NCBI GenBank assembly: GCA_045647405.1
Contig: JAZRMI010000007.1
Coordinates: forward strand, 31,895 to 95,894
Direction: 5' to 3'
Origin: Acutalibacteraceae bacterium
Lineage (GTDB): Bacteria; Bacillota; Clostridia; Oscillospirales; Acutalibacteraceae
DNA length: 64,000 bases
The position numbers and the translations under genes were made by a program. Positions within the stretch are counted from its first letter, which is position 1. Each line of letters opens with the position of its first letter. This document shows, piece after piece, positions 9,809 through 20,362 of this stretch. The notes under the pieces were generated by a model. The model searched no databases. It was not told where the DNA came from and saw only the letters and a list, made by a program, of their open reading frames with translations.

Positions 9809-10516
9809 TTAATAATATCTTTTTCCAAATAATGCAGTGCCAACCCTTACAAGATTTGCACCCTCTTCGATAGCAATATCGAAATCATCAGACATACCCA
9901 TTGAAAGTATATCTATATAACTATTATCTATTTTTTTACTGCCAATGTCAATAAACAGTTTATACATTTTCTTAAAATAACTGCGAACTTGCTCTTTATC
10001 CTCACAGATCGGAGGAATTGTCATAAGACCTCGTATCCTGACACCGTCTAAAGATGCGATTTCTTTTAATGCCGTTTCGGTCTCGTCGGGTTTAAATCCC
10101 CATTTAGATTCCTCATCCCCGATATTAACCTCTAACAGAATATCCATAACTATATTTCGTTTTACGGCTTGTTTTGAAATTTCACGGGCAAGTTTTAATG
10201 AATCAACTGACTGTATCAATTCAACCTTATCAATCACATCTTTAACCTTATTAGTCTGTAAATGCCCTATGAAATGCTGATGAACAGGATTTAATTTATC
10301 GTGTTTTAAAAGTAATTCCTGCACCTTATTTTCAGCAACATAATTTATACCTTTTGAAATAGCATAGTTTATACTCTCAGCATCAACAGTTTTCGTAGCG
10401 GCAAGCAAAATTACATCTTCTTTTGTTTTGCCGACCTTTTTCAAAGCATTTTCATACTTTTCAATAACTGTCTCAAAATTCAAATCAAACTCTTTAGCCG
10501 ACAATTTTTCCATCAT
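9809..10516 (-). CDS. yggS: YggS/YlmE-family pyridoxal-phosphate homeostasis protein
   Basis: About 230 aa alanine-racemase-N fold; LLAATKTV (PLP lysine); HFIGHLQTNK. Confidence 0.9.
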   Translation of the reverse strand: MMEKLSAKEFDLNFETVIEKYENALKKVGKTKEDVILLAATKTVDAESINYAISKGINYVAENKVQELLLKHDKLNPVHQHFIGHLQTNKVKDVIDKVELIQSVDSLKLAREISKQAVKRNIVMDILLEVNIGDEESKWGFKPDETETALKEIASLDGVRIRGLMTIPPICEDKEQVRSYFKKMYKLFIDIGSKKIDNSYIDILSMGMSDDFDIAIEEGANLVRVGTALFGKRYY

Positions 10517-11696
10517 AGAGATTTTTTCCTTTCACTATTACTTGGTCATAAAGACGCAACTCGCCGTCATTTTCATTCTTCTTGCAAATCATAAAATCAT
10601 CATTTGAATAAACAATTTCAACGGGTTTAAACTTTGCTTGCATACCGCTCACAACATAAACACCTTTTTGAGAATCAACAACCCTTAGCGCCTTTTTAGA
10701 AACCTTGAGCCCGCTGTATTCTTTACTTACAACAGTCATAGGACCGCTTCGCATAGATGCCAATTCACTATTCATATCACTGCAAGAAAACACAACAACC
10801 GCATCTCCCGAACTCTGTGAAATATTAATTTTCTTAACCGTTACAGGCAAACTCGGTGAAGATTTAACCGATGTTTTAATATGAAGTGAATCGCCCTCTT
10901 TATATTTTAAAGATTCGTTCAAAGACACCTTTGCGGCGATATACCATTCATAATCTGACACAATTTTACCGACTGTATTTTCACCTATATCTTTCTTTTT
11001 GAGACCATTCAGAAACTCAGGGGTCAATTTTGTTAAATCGGAAGTTGTCAAAACTGTTTCATAGCCGTCAGTTTTTGAAAGAAAATATCCCGATTGTTCT
11101 GCTTTTATTTTACCTTTTGCGGTCGGAAGTGAGGCTTCAAGTTCTTTCAACTGGGCATTCAGAGAAGACAGTTGTGAAGAAAAATCGGTCGTATCCCCTG
11201 TTGCCGCTTGTTTTCTGTTTATCGAAGACAACAACTGCTCTGCACAGTTTGGAACCTCTTCAAAATTACCCGAAGATGATGAAACAACCAACCCGTTAAG
11301 TTTCTCAAACACACGGTTGTTAATCAAATCAAGGTTTGCCGCCTGCAAATCATTAAAGGACATAATATCCTTGATATCTTCGATTTTAGCCTTAACAGTC
11401 TGTATCTGACTTAAAGTTATCGAGGCAGACTCACTTTCATAAACGTTTGCAACAACACCGTTTTTAGCAACACGGATACCGTCATCAATCATAAAGTGGA
11501 GCACGCCGTTTTTAGAAGACTTAACCAAAACTTCGTTGCGGATAACTATACCCGTAATCTTAAAGCCGTCATTAGAGGTATAATATATCGCACTTTCGGT
11601 TGTAATAGGTTTATAAAAGGTAGCAATGCTTTGGTGAATTATAAAAACACTTGCCAAAACCGCCACAACAATTTTCACTACGGAAAACTTTTTCAT
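10494..11696 (-). CDS. Membrane-anchored HlyD-like (membrane-fusion fold) protein of unknown role
   Basis: One N-terminal TM segment, then a coiled-coil/beta-barrel-like composition. The assignment is by general resemblance only. Confidence 0.4.
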   Translation of the reverse strand: MKKFSVVKIVVAVLASVFIIHQSIATFYKPITTESAIYYTSNDGFKITGIVIRNEVLVKSSKNGVLHFMIDDGIRVAKNGVVANVYESESASITLSQIQTVKAKIEDIKDIMSFNDLQAANLDLINNRVFEKLNGLVVSSSSGNFEEVPNCAEQLLSSINRKQAATGDTTDFSSQLSSLNAQLKELEASLPTAKGKIKAEQSGYFLSKTDGYETVLTTSDLTKLTPEFLNGLKKKDIGENTVGKIVSDYEWYIAAKVSLNESLKYKEGDSLHIKTSVKSSPSLPVTVKKINISQSSGDAVVVFSCSDMNSELASMRSGPMTVVSKEYSGLKVSKKALRVVDSQKGVYVVSGMQAKFKPVEIVYSNDDFMICKKNENDGELRLYDQVIVKGKNLYDGKIVG

Positions 11697-11700
11697 AAAC

Positions 11701-12627
11701 CTATTCCTCCTTTAAAAATTCATTTACTAATTCCTGCGCTTTATTAGAAACCTCATCCGTATCGTGATAAAACCAGTTTATCCTTGTGTCTTTATTGAAC
11801 CAAGTCATTTGGCGTTTTGCATAACGCCTTGTTTGCTGTTTTAAATGTTCTATTGCTTGTTCGAGCGAACACTCATTTTCAAAATATTTATAAAGTTCCT
11901 TATGACCGATTGCCTGAAAAGCACCCTTTTGATTTGCCATATCATATATACTCTTCGCTTCTTCTAACAATCCGTTTTGCATCATTAAATCAACCCGAAG
12001 ATTGATGCGGTCATAAAGACGTTGTCTATCCTTAAAATTAACACCTATAACAAGTGGCAATATCTCACCCTTGTTCTGCTTAGAAAGAATATTTTGCTGG
12101 GTTTTAGTATTACCCGTCTGCAAATAAACTTCAAAAGCACGGATTATTCTACGTTTATTGTTGGGATGAAGTTCGCTTGCGGTTTGCGGGTCAAACTCTG
12201 CTAATTCTTTTAACATTTCTTCCCCGCCGATTATCGAAAACTTTTCTTCCAAACTTTGACGCAAGTCATAATCGGTATCAACTTCTGTATATTCGATATT
12301 ATCAAGTAAAGAGGTGATATATAGTCCTGTACCGCCGACAATTATGGGTAACTTTCCACGAGATGAAATATCTTTAATACATTCTCTTGCTGATTTAACA
12401 TAATCTGCCACAGAATATTCTTGGTCGGTTTCTAAAAATTCAATCAGATGATGAGGCACAGCGCATTTTTCACTCTCGTCGGGAGCGGCAGATGCAATAT
12501 GTATCCCCTTATAAATCTGCATCGAATCAGCAGAAATAATTTCACCGTCAAACTTCTTTGCAAGTTCGATACTTAAAGAAGTTTTACCCGAAGCAGTAGG
12601 ACCTACAATAAATACTGCTTTAATCAT
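11701..12627 (-). CDS. miaA: tRNA dimethylallyltransferase
   Basis: P-loop GPTASGKT, the MQIYKG motif, and position after mutL. Confidence 0.92.
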   Translation of the reverse strand: MIKAVFIVGPTASGKTSLSIELAKKFDGEIISADSMQIYKGIHIASAAPDESEKCAVPHHLIEFLETDQEYSVADYVKSARECIKDISSRGKLPIIVGGTGLYITSLLDNIEYTEVDTDYDLRQSLEEKFSIIGGEEMLKELAEFDPQTASELHPNNKRRIIRAFEVYLQTGNTKTQQNILSKQNKGEILPLVIGVNFKDRQRLYDRINLRVDLMMQNGLLEEAKSIYDMANQKGAFQAIGHKELYKYFENECSLEQAIEHLKQQTRRYAKRQMTWFNKDTRINWFYHDTDEVSNKAQELVNEFLKEE

Positions 12628-14456
12628 TGTATTCTACCAAACATTTTTTCAAGTTCACGCTTTTTAATTTCAAAAGCGACAGGTCTTCCGTGCGGACAGT
12701 ACATAATGTCTTTAGAACGAAGCACCTTTTCAGCCAAATTCTGCATTTCATATTGGGAAATTCTTGTTCCCGCCTTAATTGCCGCTTTACAGGCAACAGA
12801 ATGGAAAAGATTTTCTTCACGAACAGTGTCAACACTTCCGCTATTTATTAAAGAGCCTGCAATTTCAGATAAAATCAAAGAAATATCTTCCTCAACCAAA
12901 GTGGCAGGCACTGTTCTGACCGCAATAGTGGAATTACCGAAATCGTCAATTTCAAAACCGCTCTCCAAAAGCAAGCCATTATTATTTATAACCGCATCAT
13001 ATTCGTCTCTTTGGAGCATTACGGTCACAGGAGCAAGCAAAGCCTGAACCTCGATTTTTCTGTTATTTTTAAGTTGATTAAACAGTATTCGCTCGTGAGC
13101 GGCGTGCTTATCAATCATAAATACACTATCGCCCATTTCAGCCACAATATAAGTTCCAAACGCCTCGCCGATAATTCTGATATCTTCTTTTTTCTCAACC
13201 GTTACAGTTTTTTCAATATCAACATCAATCTTTGGAGTAGGTTTTCTTTCCTCAACCTTAATCGGTTCGGTTTTTTGACCTTTATCCCCAACATAAGAAA
13301 ATTTATTCATAAAATCGGGTTTTTGAGGCGTTTCAAAAACCAAACTTCTTGCCGGTTTTTCTACTTCGTCAGTTTTTATCGCCGTTTGCCTGAACTGTTC
13401 GGTTGTCATTCGCTCAAACTGATTGAATTGAGGTTTTTGTATTTTAACTTCGGGACGGGTATCGCCCTGTTGCAAAGCATTTTTAACCGCCGCATAAACA
13501 CTATCAAAAATACGCTTTTCGTCAGAAAAACGAACCTCGGTTTTAGCGGGATGAACATTAACATCAACCGTATCAAACGGCACTTTTAAATAAATCACGA
13601 AGCACGGAAATTTGCCAATCATGGCACTATTTTTATATGCCTGTTCGACAGCCGCAACCACCGTTCCTGAACGGACAAGTCTTCCATTTAAGAACGTAAA
13701 CTGACCGTTTCTTGTGGCTTTGCAAGCAACAGGCTTACATACCAATCCGTTCACACCAATTCCGCCGTATTCACCCGAAAGTTCAATTAGGCTATTTGAA
13801 AATTCTCTGCCGAGAACACTGTAAACCGCGCTCTTGATTTTTCCGTCACCGGTTGTATTAAGTGTTGGTTTGCCGTCACGTATAAATTTAAAAGAAACTT
13901 CGGGGTGAGAAAGCGCCATTCTGTCAATTACAGTGGCGCAAGCATTAGCCTCCGAAACATCCTTTTTCAAAAATTTCATTCGGGCAGGCGTATTATAAAA
14001 CAAATCTTTTATAATAATCGTCGTGCCGTCAGGACAGCCAGCATCCGAAAAATCGGTCTCGGTTCCGCCCTCTATTGCATAATGTATACCCATTTCCTGA
14101 TTTTTGGGTTTAGTTAGCATTTCAACCTTAGAAACCGAAGAAATTGCCGCTAAAGCCTCGCCTCGAAATCCCAAGGTGCAAATACTGTCAAGGTCGTTTT
14201 CTGCCTTGATTTTACTCGTGGCATGGCGCAAAAATGCCAACGGAACATCTTCTTTTTCTATTCCGCTTCCGTTATCAGTAATACGGATATACGAAATACC
14301 GCCGTGTTTTATTTCAACTGTGATAACCGTAGCGCCCGCATCAATCGAGTTTTCCACAAGTTCCTTTATGACCGATGACGGTCTTTCAACAACTTCACCT
14401 GCGGCAATAAGTTCTGCTACCTGTTTTGATAAAACATTAATCTTTGACATTTTCAC
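12624..14456 (-). CDS. mutL: DNA mismatch repair protein MutL
   Basis: GHKL ATPase N-terminus (VVERPSSVIKELVENSIDAG, DNGSGI) and a C-terminal dimerisation domain. Confidence 0.95.
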   Translation of the reverse strand: MKMSKINVLSKQVAELIAAGEVVERPSSVIKELVENSIDAGATVITVEIKHGGISYIRITDNGSGIEKEDVPLAFLRHATSKIKAENDLDSICTLGFRGEALAAISSVSKVEMLTKPKNQEMGIHYAIEGGTETDFSDAGCPDGTTIIIKDLFYNTPARMKFLKKDVSEANACATVIDRMALSHPEVSFKFIRDGKPTLNTTGDGKIKSAVYSVLGREFSNSLIELSGEYGGIGVNGLVCKPVACKATRNGQFTFLNGRLVRSGTVVAAVEQAYKNSAMIGKFPCFVIYLKVPFDTVDVNVHPAKTEVRFSDEKRIFDSVYAAVKNALQQGDTRPEVKIQKPQFNQFERMTTEQFRQTAIKTDEVEKPARSLVFETPQKPDFMNKFSYVGDKGQKTEPIKVEERKPTPKIDVDIEKTVTVEKKEDIRIIGEAFGTYIVAEMGDSVFMIDKHAAHERILFNQLKNNRKIEVQALLAPVTVMLQRDEYDAVINNNGLLLESGFEIDDFGNSTIAVRTVPATLVEEDISLILSEIAGSLINSGSVDTVREENLFHSVACKAAIKAGTRISQYEMQNLAEKVLRSKDIMYCPHGRPVAFEIKKRELEKMFGRIQ

Positions 14457-14465
14457 ACCAACTTT

Positions 14466-17066
14466 CTATATATCTTTTGCTTTATTGCAGATATCAAATA
14501 AAATCTGCATAGATTCAATCGGGGTTAAAGTGTTAACATCAATCGCTTTGAGGTCTTTTAATATTTCCCCTGCATTTTGCATCTCAAGTGACATCTGAAC
14601 ATCGTCACTCGGCGCAATTTTATATTTAACAACACCCTCGTTTTCAGTTTGTTTTAAAATTTCTTTTGCACGTTCGATAACCCAATTCGGTATTCCGCTC
14701 AATTTAGCAACTTCAATACCGTAACTGTCATCTGCGCCGCCTCGCACAATACGACGAAGAAATGTTATATCGTCGCCACGTTTTTTAACCGCAATATTAT
14801 AATTCTTAACACCCTGTAACTGATTTTCCATCTCGGTCAGTTCGTGATAGTGGGTTGCAAAGAGCGCTTTTGCACCGAGTTTGCGCTTATCGGCAACAAA
14901 CTCCAATACCGCACGTGCTATTGACATACCGTCAAAAGTAGAGGTACCTCTGCCGATTTCGTCAAGAATCAAAAGGCTGTGTTTTGTGGCATTCTTTAAA
15001 ATACCTGCAACCTCGCTCATTTCCACCATAAACGTTGACTGACCTGATGCCAAATCGTCAGATGCGCCGACACGGGTAAAAATAGCGTCAACCACGCCGA
15101 TTTCTGCCATTTCGGCAGGAACAAAACAACCGATTTGCGCCATAAGTGTTATCAAAGCCACCTGACGCATATATGTAGACTTACCTGCCATATTAGGACC
15201 TGTAATTATAGCACAGCGGTCATCATTCATATTAAGGAATGTATCATTAGATACAAATGGCGTTTTGATAACCTGTTCAACAACGGGGTGTCTTCCCGAT
15301 TTAATTGAAATCACACCGTTATTTGTTACAAGGGGCATACAGTAATGATTATCAGCCGAAACCGTTGCCAACGAAGTTAAAACATCAAGATTTGCGATTG
15401 CGTTTGCAGTTTTCTGAAAACGTCTTACTTCGTTAGCAATTTTCTTTCTGATTTCATCAAAAATTTCATACTCAACCTGAACTATTTTATCCTTAGCGGT
15501 AAGTACACGCTTTTCAATGTCTTTAAGTTCTTCAGTTATAAAGCGCTCAGCATTAGTTAAAGTTTGTTTTCTGATATAATCCTCAGGAACTTTATCAAGG
15601 AAAGAGTTTGTCACCTCGATATAATAACCGAAAACCTTATTATAACGCACACGAAGATTTTTAATTCCTGTGCGCTCCTTTTCCCTTGCTTCTATCTCTG
15701 CTAAAACACTCGTGCCTGACTGCATATCGTGGCGCAAAGTATCAACCAACTGATTATATCCGTCTTTAATAAGACCGCCCTCACGAACAGTTGTTGGCGC
15801 TTCGGGATTTATTGCTAAAGAAATCAACTGTGTTATATCTTCTAAAGTATCAATATTATTATGAATTTCATTGAGCATTCTACAGTTAACACCGCTTAAA
15901 ACACCCTTGATTTGCGGAAATTTTTCCGCCGTAACCGCAAGGTTAAGCAAATCCCTTGCATTTGCCGAACCATAAACAACCTTAGTCATAATACGCTCGA
16001 TATCACGGATACCGCAAAGACTTTCACCGACTTCACCACGGAGAATAACATCTGAAACCAATTCATCAACTGCATTCTGACGAAGATTGATTGAAGCAAT
16101 ATTTAAAAGCGGTTGCTGAATCCAATTCTTTATCAAGCGCTTACCCATTGCAGTTTTGGTTTTATCAAGCACCCATAAAAGCGAGCCTTTTTTAGCCTTT
16201 GTGCGCATTGTTTCGCAAAGTTCAAGATTGCGAACAGCAGTTATATCAAGGCGCATATACTGACTGTCGGTATAAACATTAATCTCATTAACCGAAATCT
16301 GACCATTTACGCCTGTTTCATAAAGATATTCTAACACTGTGCCAAAAGCCGTAGACAAAGCAGAGTTTTTAGGCAAGCCTATATTCTCAACACTGACAAC
16401 GCCAAAATGTTTTAAAATCAAATCTTCGGTTTCCTGTGGTGAAAAACTTGATTCTTCACGCTCTGTAATAACACCTTGGAAAGTTCTTTCCAAAAATTCC
16501 CACACAATAGGCGCTTTAACCTTAAAATCTTTTTTCACAAGAATTTCACGTGGAGAAAAACGGGAAATTTCATCAATGATACTGTTTTGGAAATTATCTT
16601 GCGATAAAGAAGTTGCGTGACACTCACCCGTTGAAGCATCGGTAAAGCAAAGTCCGATTTCGCTATCGGTCAAAACAATACTTGCAAGGTAGTTATTCTT
16701 TCCCTCGTCAAGCATACTGTCTTCAAAAATAGTACCCGGTGTGATTGTTCTTATAACATCACGCTTTACAAGTCCCTTTGCGGTTGCTGGGTCTTCAGTC
16801 TGTTCGCAAATTGCAACCTTATAACCCTTTTCAATCAATCTTGCAATATATGCTTCACAACTGTGATAAGGCACACCGCACATTGGAGCACGCTCTTCAA
16901 GACCGCATTCCTTACCCGTTAAAACTAAATCCAATTCTTCGGAAGCCTTTTTAGCATCTTCGAAAAACATTTCATAAAAATCGCCCACTCTGTAAAACAG
17001 TATACTGTCTTCATTTTGCGCTTTAATTTGATTATACTGTTTCATCATCGGTGATAATTCTGCCAT
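14466..17066 (-). CDS. mutS: DNA mismatch repair protein MutS
   Basis: TPMMKQY, FYRVGDFYE, and Walker A GPNMAGKST. Confidence 0.97.
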   Translation of the reverse strand: MAELSPMMKQYNQIKAQNEDSILFYRVGDFYEMFFEDAKKASEELDLVLTGKECGLEERAPMCGVPYHSCEAYIARLIEKGYKVAICEQTEDPATAKGLVKRDVIRTITPGTIFEDSMLDEGKNNYLASIVLTDSEIGLCFTDASTGECHATSLSQDNFQNSIIDEISRFSPREILVKKDFKVKAPIVWEFLERTFQGVITEREESSFSPQETEDLILKHFGVVSVENIGLPKNSALSTAFGTVLEYLYETGVNGQISVNEINVYTDSQYMRLDITAVRNLELCETMRTKAKKGSLLWVLDKTKTAMGKRLIKNWIQQPLLNIASINLRQNAVDELVSDVILRGEVGESLCGIRDIERIMTKVVYGSANARDLLNLAVTAEKFPQIKGVLSGVNCRMLNEIHNNIDTLEDITQLISLAINPEAPTTVREGGLIKDGYNQLVDTLRHDMQSGTSVLAEIEAREKERTGIKNLRVRYNKVFGYYIEVTNSFLDKVPEDYIRKQTLTNAERFITEELKDIEKRVLTAKDKIVQVEYEIFDEIRKKIANEVRRFQKTANAIANLDVLTSLATVSADNHYCMPLVTNNGVISIKSGRHPVVEQVIKTPFVSNDTFLNMNDDRCAIITGPNMAGKSTYMRQVALITLMAQIGCFVPAEMAEIGVVDAIFTRVGASDDLASGQSTFMVEMSEVAGILKNATKHSLLILDEIGRGTSTFDGMSIARAVLEFVADKRKLGAKALFATHYHELTEMENQLQGVKNYNIAVKKRGDDITFLRRIVRGGADDSYGIEVAKLSGIPNWVIERAKEILKQTENEGVVKYKIAPSDDVQMSLEMQNAGEILKDLKAIDVNTLTPIESMQILFDICNKAKDI

Positions 17067-17100
17067 TTTAAACTTCCTTTCTCAATATTTTAAATTCTGA

Positions 17101-17505
17101 TTAATGGCAACCGCCACAGGTTGAACAACTGCCTGTGCAACCGTCACTTACTTCACAGGTTGCAGGGTCTTCACCGTCCAAAGATTTTGACAAAATAACA
17201 TTTACTTCGCTCATCATCTGGTCAACCAATGCTTTTGCGGTGTTATATTCAACCATTGCAGGACTTGACATAATCTCACCGTAAACTGTGCGAAGTTCTT
17301 CGTTAAGTTTTTTGGTTAATTCTTCGTCCTTTTCCTCGGCAGAAACTGCTTTTTCGAGTTCCATTCTTTTAATGTTAAACTGACCGATTGCATTCTGCAA
17401 ATCAATATCGTTATCATTTGCAAGTCTTGCTTTTGCAAAACGGATAAATCTTTCATCCTGTTGAATTGCCTTACCTAATTCTCTTGCCATTTCAATTACG
17501 TCCAT
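17101..17505 (-). CDS. YlbF/YmcA-family regulator with a Cys-rich C-terminal tail
   Basis: 134-aa helical protein (FIRFAKA...QNAIGQFN...) ending CEVSDGCTGSCSTCGGCH. Confidence 0.65.
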   Translation of the reverse strand: MDVIEMARELGKAIQQDERFIRFAKARLANDNDIDLQNAIGQFNIKRMELEKAVSAEEKDEELTKKLNEELRTVYGEIMSSPAMVEYNTAKALVDQMMSEVNVILSKSLDGEDPATCEVSDGCTGSCSTCGGCH

Positions 17506-17520
17506 TTTAAATACCTCTTT

Positions 17521-18924
17521 TTAAATTATTTTACCGCAAAGTCCGTTATCATAGGACTCAACCTTAATATCAACAAATTTACCCAAATAACTTTCGTCAG
17601 CCTCAAACTCAATAACCGCCGTACCCGAAGTATGACCTGTCATAAAGCCTTGCCTTTGCGAATAATCATCACAAAGAACACGGAAAGTTTTGCCGATAAA
17701 TTTATTTATGTTTTCTTCTGCCACCTTTTCCTGTAATTGCAAAAGTTGACTAAACCATCTGCCCTTTTCTTCCCTTGAAACAGGGTCTTCCATAACGGCG
17801 GCAGGAGTTCCGTTTCTCTTTGAATAAATAAAAGTAAAAAGTGAAGCGAATTTCACTTGCTCAACCAAGCTCAAAGTCTCTTTAAAGTCTTCATAAGTTT
17901 CCCCAGGGAAACCAACGATAATATCACTCGTCAAATCAACATCGGGTATACGCTCTTTTGCATTTTTAATAAGTTCAAGATAAGATTGCCTATCGTAATA
18001 GCGGTTCATTTTCTTTAAAATTCTACTGCTTCCGCTTTGGAAAGGCAAATGCAAATGGGTTGAAACCTTTTTACACTCTTTAATCGTATCAAGAAGTTCT
18101 ATTGTGCAGTCCTTTGGATGCGATGTCATAAAGCGGATTACAAACTCACCCTCAATATCATTGAGCATACGAAGCAGTTTTGCGAAATTAACACCGTGAG
18201 CGCAACCCTTACCGTAAGAATTAACATTCTGACCCAAAAGAGTTATATCCTTATATCCCGACTTTATCATTTCCCGAAATTCAGCAATAATTTTTTCAGG
18301 CTCACGTGAGCGTTCCCTGCCTCTGACATACGGAACAATACAGTATGTGCAGAAATTATTGCAACCGTACATTATCGGAAGCCAACCCTTAAAAGTTCCG
18401 TCACGCTTAACGGGAACATCCTCAATAATAGTATTATCTTCCTGAGACAGTTCAAAAATTCTCGGCGAACCCGAAAAACGCTTATACAAAAACTCAGGCA
18501 ATCGATGTTCAACGTGTGTTCCCATAACAATATCAACATAAGGATAACTTTTTTTGATTTTATCGGCAATATGCTGTTGCTGTACCATACAACCGCAAAC
18601 CGCAACTACAGTATTAGGCTTGTCCTTTTTAATTTGTTTAGTTGTGCCGATATTTCCAAAAACTCTATCCTCTGCGTGTTCACGAACAGCACAAGTATTG
18701 AAAATTATAAAATCCGCATCTTTGGGTTCTTCAGTCATAGTATAACCCATAACCGAAAGCATACCTTTCAGCCTCTCGGAATCGCTAACATTTTGCTGAC
18801 AGCCGAATGTCACAACACACGCTTTAGGATTAGAATTATATATATTCGACGCAAGGGTCCACACCCGCTTAGCATAACCCAACTGTTCTTGCAAAACAGT
18901 ATTTTCACTATTAGAAAATTGCAA
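17521..18924 (-). CDS. miaB: tRNA (i6A37) methylthiotransferase
   Basis: UPF0004 N-domain (TFGCQQN), radical-SAM CNNFCTYC, and a TRAM C-terminus. Confidence 0.93.
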   Translation of the reverse strand: MQFSNSENTVLQEQLGYAKRVWTLASNIYNSNPKACVVTFGCQQNVSDSERLKGMLSVMGYTMTEEPKDADFIIFNTCAVREHAEDRVFGNIGTTKQIKKDKPNTVVAVCGCMVQQQHIADKIKKSYPYVDIVMGTHVEHRLPEFLYKRFSGSPRIFELSQEDNTIIEDVPVKRDGTFKGWLPIMYGCNNFCTYCIVPYVRGRERSREPEKIIAEFREMIKSGYKDITLLGQNVNSYGKGCAHGVNFAKLLRMLNDIEGEFVIRFMTSHPKDCTIELLDTIKECKKVSTHLHLPFQSGSSRILKKMNRYYDRQSYLELIKNAKERIPDVDLTSDIIVGFPGETYEDFKETLSLVEQVKFASLFTFIYSKRNGTPAAVMEDPVSREEKGRWFSQLLQLQEKVAEENINKFIGKTFRVLCDDYSQRQGFMTGHTSGTAVIEFEADESYLGKFVDIKVESYDNGLCGKII

Positions 18925-18984
18925 TATAAAATCTCCTCATAACATAATCAATTTATTATACTATATATTTATATATAATGCAAG

Positions 18985-19016
18985 CAAAAAGCCCGATAAA
19001 ATTTATCGGGCTTTAA
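18985..19016 (-). terminator. Rho-independent terminator after htrA
   Basis: Minus strand: aaagcccgataaattttatcgggcttt followed by ttgcttg. Confidence 0.6.
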
Positions 19017-19023
19017 AGATTTT

Positions 19024-20226
19024 TTATTCAACTGAATTATTAGAGCCAACTGTAATAGTTGTGGAATAATAACGACCGCTTCTGTAAATTTTAACAGTAA
19101 CTTTCTGGTCAGGTTTGCAATCGGACACAAGTCCGTCAAGCATCTTATATTCCTTAATTTCGGTTCCGTTAAATTCGGTGATAATATCACCTTTTCTAAT
19201 CCCCGCCTGATAAGCAGGACTTGCTTCATAAACACTCAAAACAACCGCACCCGTCGGATATCCGTAAAATGCAAGAACTTCTGCTGTATACTTCTCACTG
19301 ACAGTAATGCCAACATAGGGTTCGGGTGAATTTTCATTATCAATAATCTTATTGCAAATCTCAACCACCGTATTTGAAGGTAACGCAAATCCCATACCCT
19401 CAAATTCTTCGGCCACGATTTTCGAAGAGTTGATACCAACGAGTTTGCCCTCAGTATTAACAAGCGCACCGCCTGAATTACCCGGGTTTATTGCAGCATC
19501 AGTCTGAATCAACGAAACATTTGAATCAGAAGATACCACACGGTCAAGACCACTTATAACCCCGTAAGTTACACTATCCATAAATTCAAGTCCGCCCGGG
19601 TTTCCTACAGTAATTACATACTGACCAACTTTAAGATTTTTAGAATCGGCAATCTCAATTTTTTGAAGACCTTTGGCATTTATTTTTATAACAGCAATAT
19701 CTGCCGAAATATTATAACCCACAACTGTCGCAGAATAAGACTTAGAATTAACATCATCCAAAAATACTTCAATCTTTGTACCCGCTTTATTAGATACGCC
19801 GTCAGAAATTACGTGATAGTTAGTGATAATATAACCGTCTTCACGGTAAATTACACCGCTTCCCTCACCGCTTGCTTCCTGATTTCCAAAGAAAGACATC
19901 ACCGAAGTAGTGGTCCTTATTCCAACAACGCTCGGTGTCACCTTTTTAGCCACCGCCTCAACAACCGAAGTTGCCTGTTCGTCAACATTTATATTAACAT
20001 TATTTCCTTGCATAATCGGTTGCTGCAATGCAGTTTTATCGGTATTATCCCTATAAACAAAAACTGTAACAAGAGAACTTACGGCGCCTATAACCGCCGC
20101 TAAAACCGATGCTAAAATCACCGCACCGGTTGAATATTTTTTCCTACTTTTAGGGGTTTTTGGAGCGTAAGAATAATGATATTCGCCACCCGAAAAACTA
20201 TTGTTCTGAAAATTGAAATCGTCCAT
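19024..20226 (-). CDS. htrA: HtrA/DegP-family serine protease with a PDZ domain, membrane-anchored
   Basis: TM segment (AVILASVLAAVIGAV), trypsin-like core with GNSGGAL, and a C-terminal PDZ domain. Confidence 0.9.
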   Translation of the reverse strand: MDDFNFQNNSFSGGEYHYSYAPKTPKSRKKYSTGAVILASVLAAVIGAVSSLVTVFVYRDNTDKTALQQPIMQGNNVNINVDEQATSVVEAVAKKVTPSVVGIRTTTSVMSFFGNQEASGEGSGVIYREDGYIITNYHVISDGVSNKAGTKIEVFLDDVNSKSYSATVVGYNISADIAVIKINAKGLQKIEIADSKNLKVGQYVITVGNPGGLEFMDSVTYGVISGLDRVVSSDSNVSLIQTDAAINPGNSGGALVNTEGKLVGINSSKIVAEEFEGMGFALPSNTVVEICNKIIDNENSPEPYVGITVSEKYTAEVLAFYGYPTGAVVLSVYEASPAYQAGIRKGDIITEFNGTEIKEYKMLDGLVSDCKPDQKVTVKIYRSGRYYSTTITVGSNNSVE

Positions 20227-20315
20227 AAAAACTCCCTCGACTAACTTTTTTCACAAAATTATTTTATTATACTTAAGTGTTAAAAATGTGAATAATCGGT
20301 AAATTTTGTTAAAAA

Positions 20316-20356
20316 TATTAAACCTTTCTTTTGAGATATTTTCCCCAAAAGAAAGG
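20316..20356 (-). terminator. Rho-independent terminator after mnmG
   Basis: 11-12 bp stem (cctttcttttg / caaaagaaagg) with a T-rich tail on the minus strand. Confidence 0.6.
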
Positions 20357-20362
20357 TGAATA

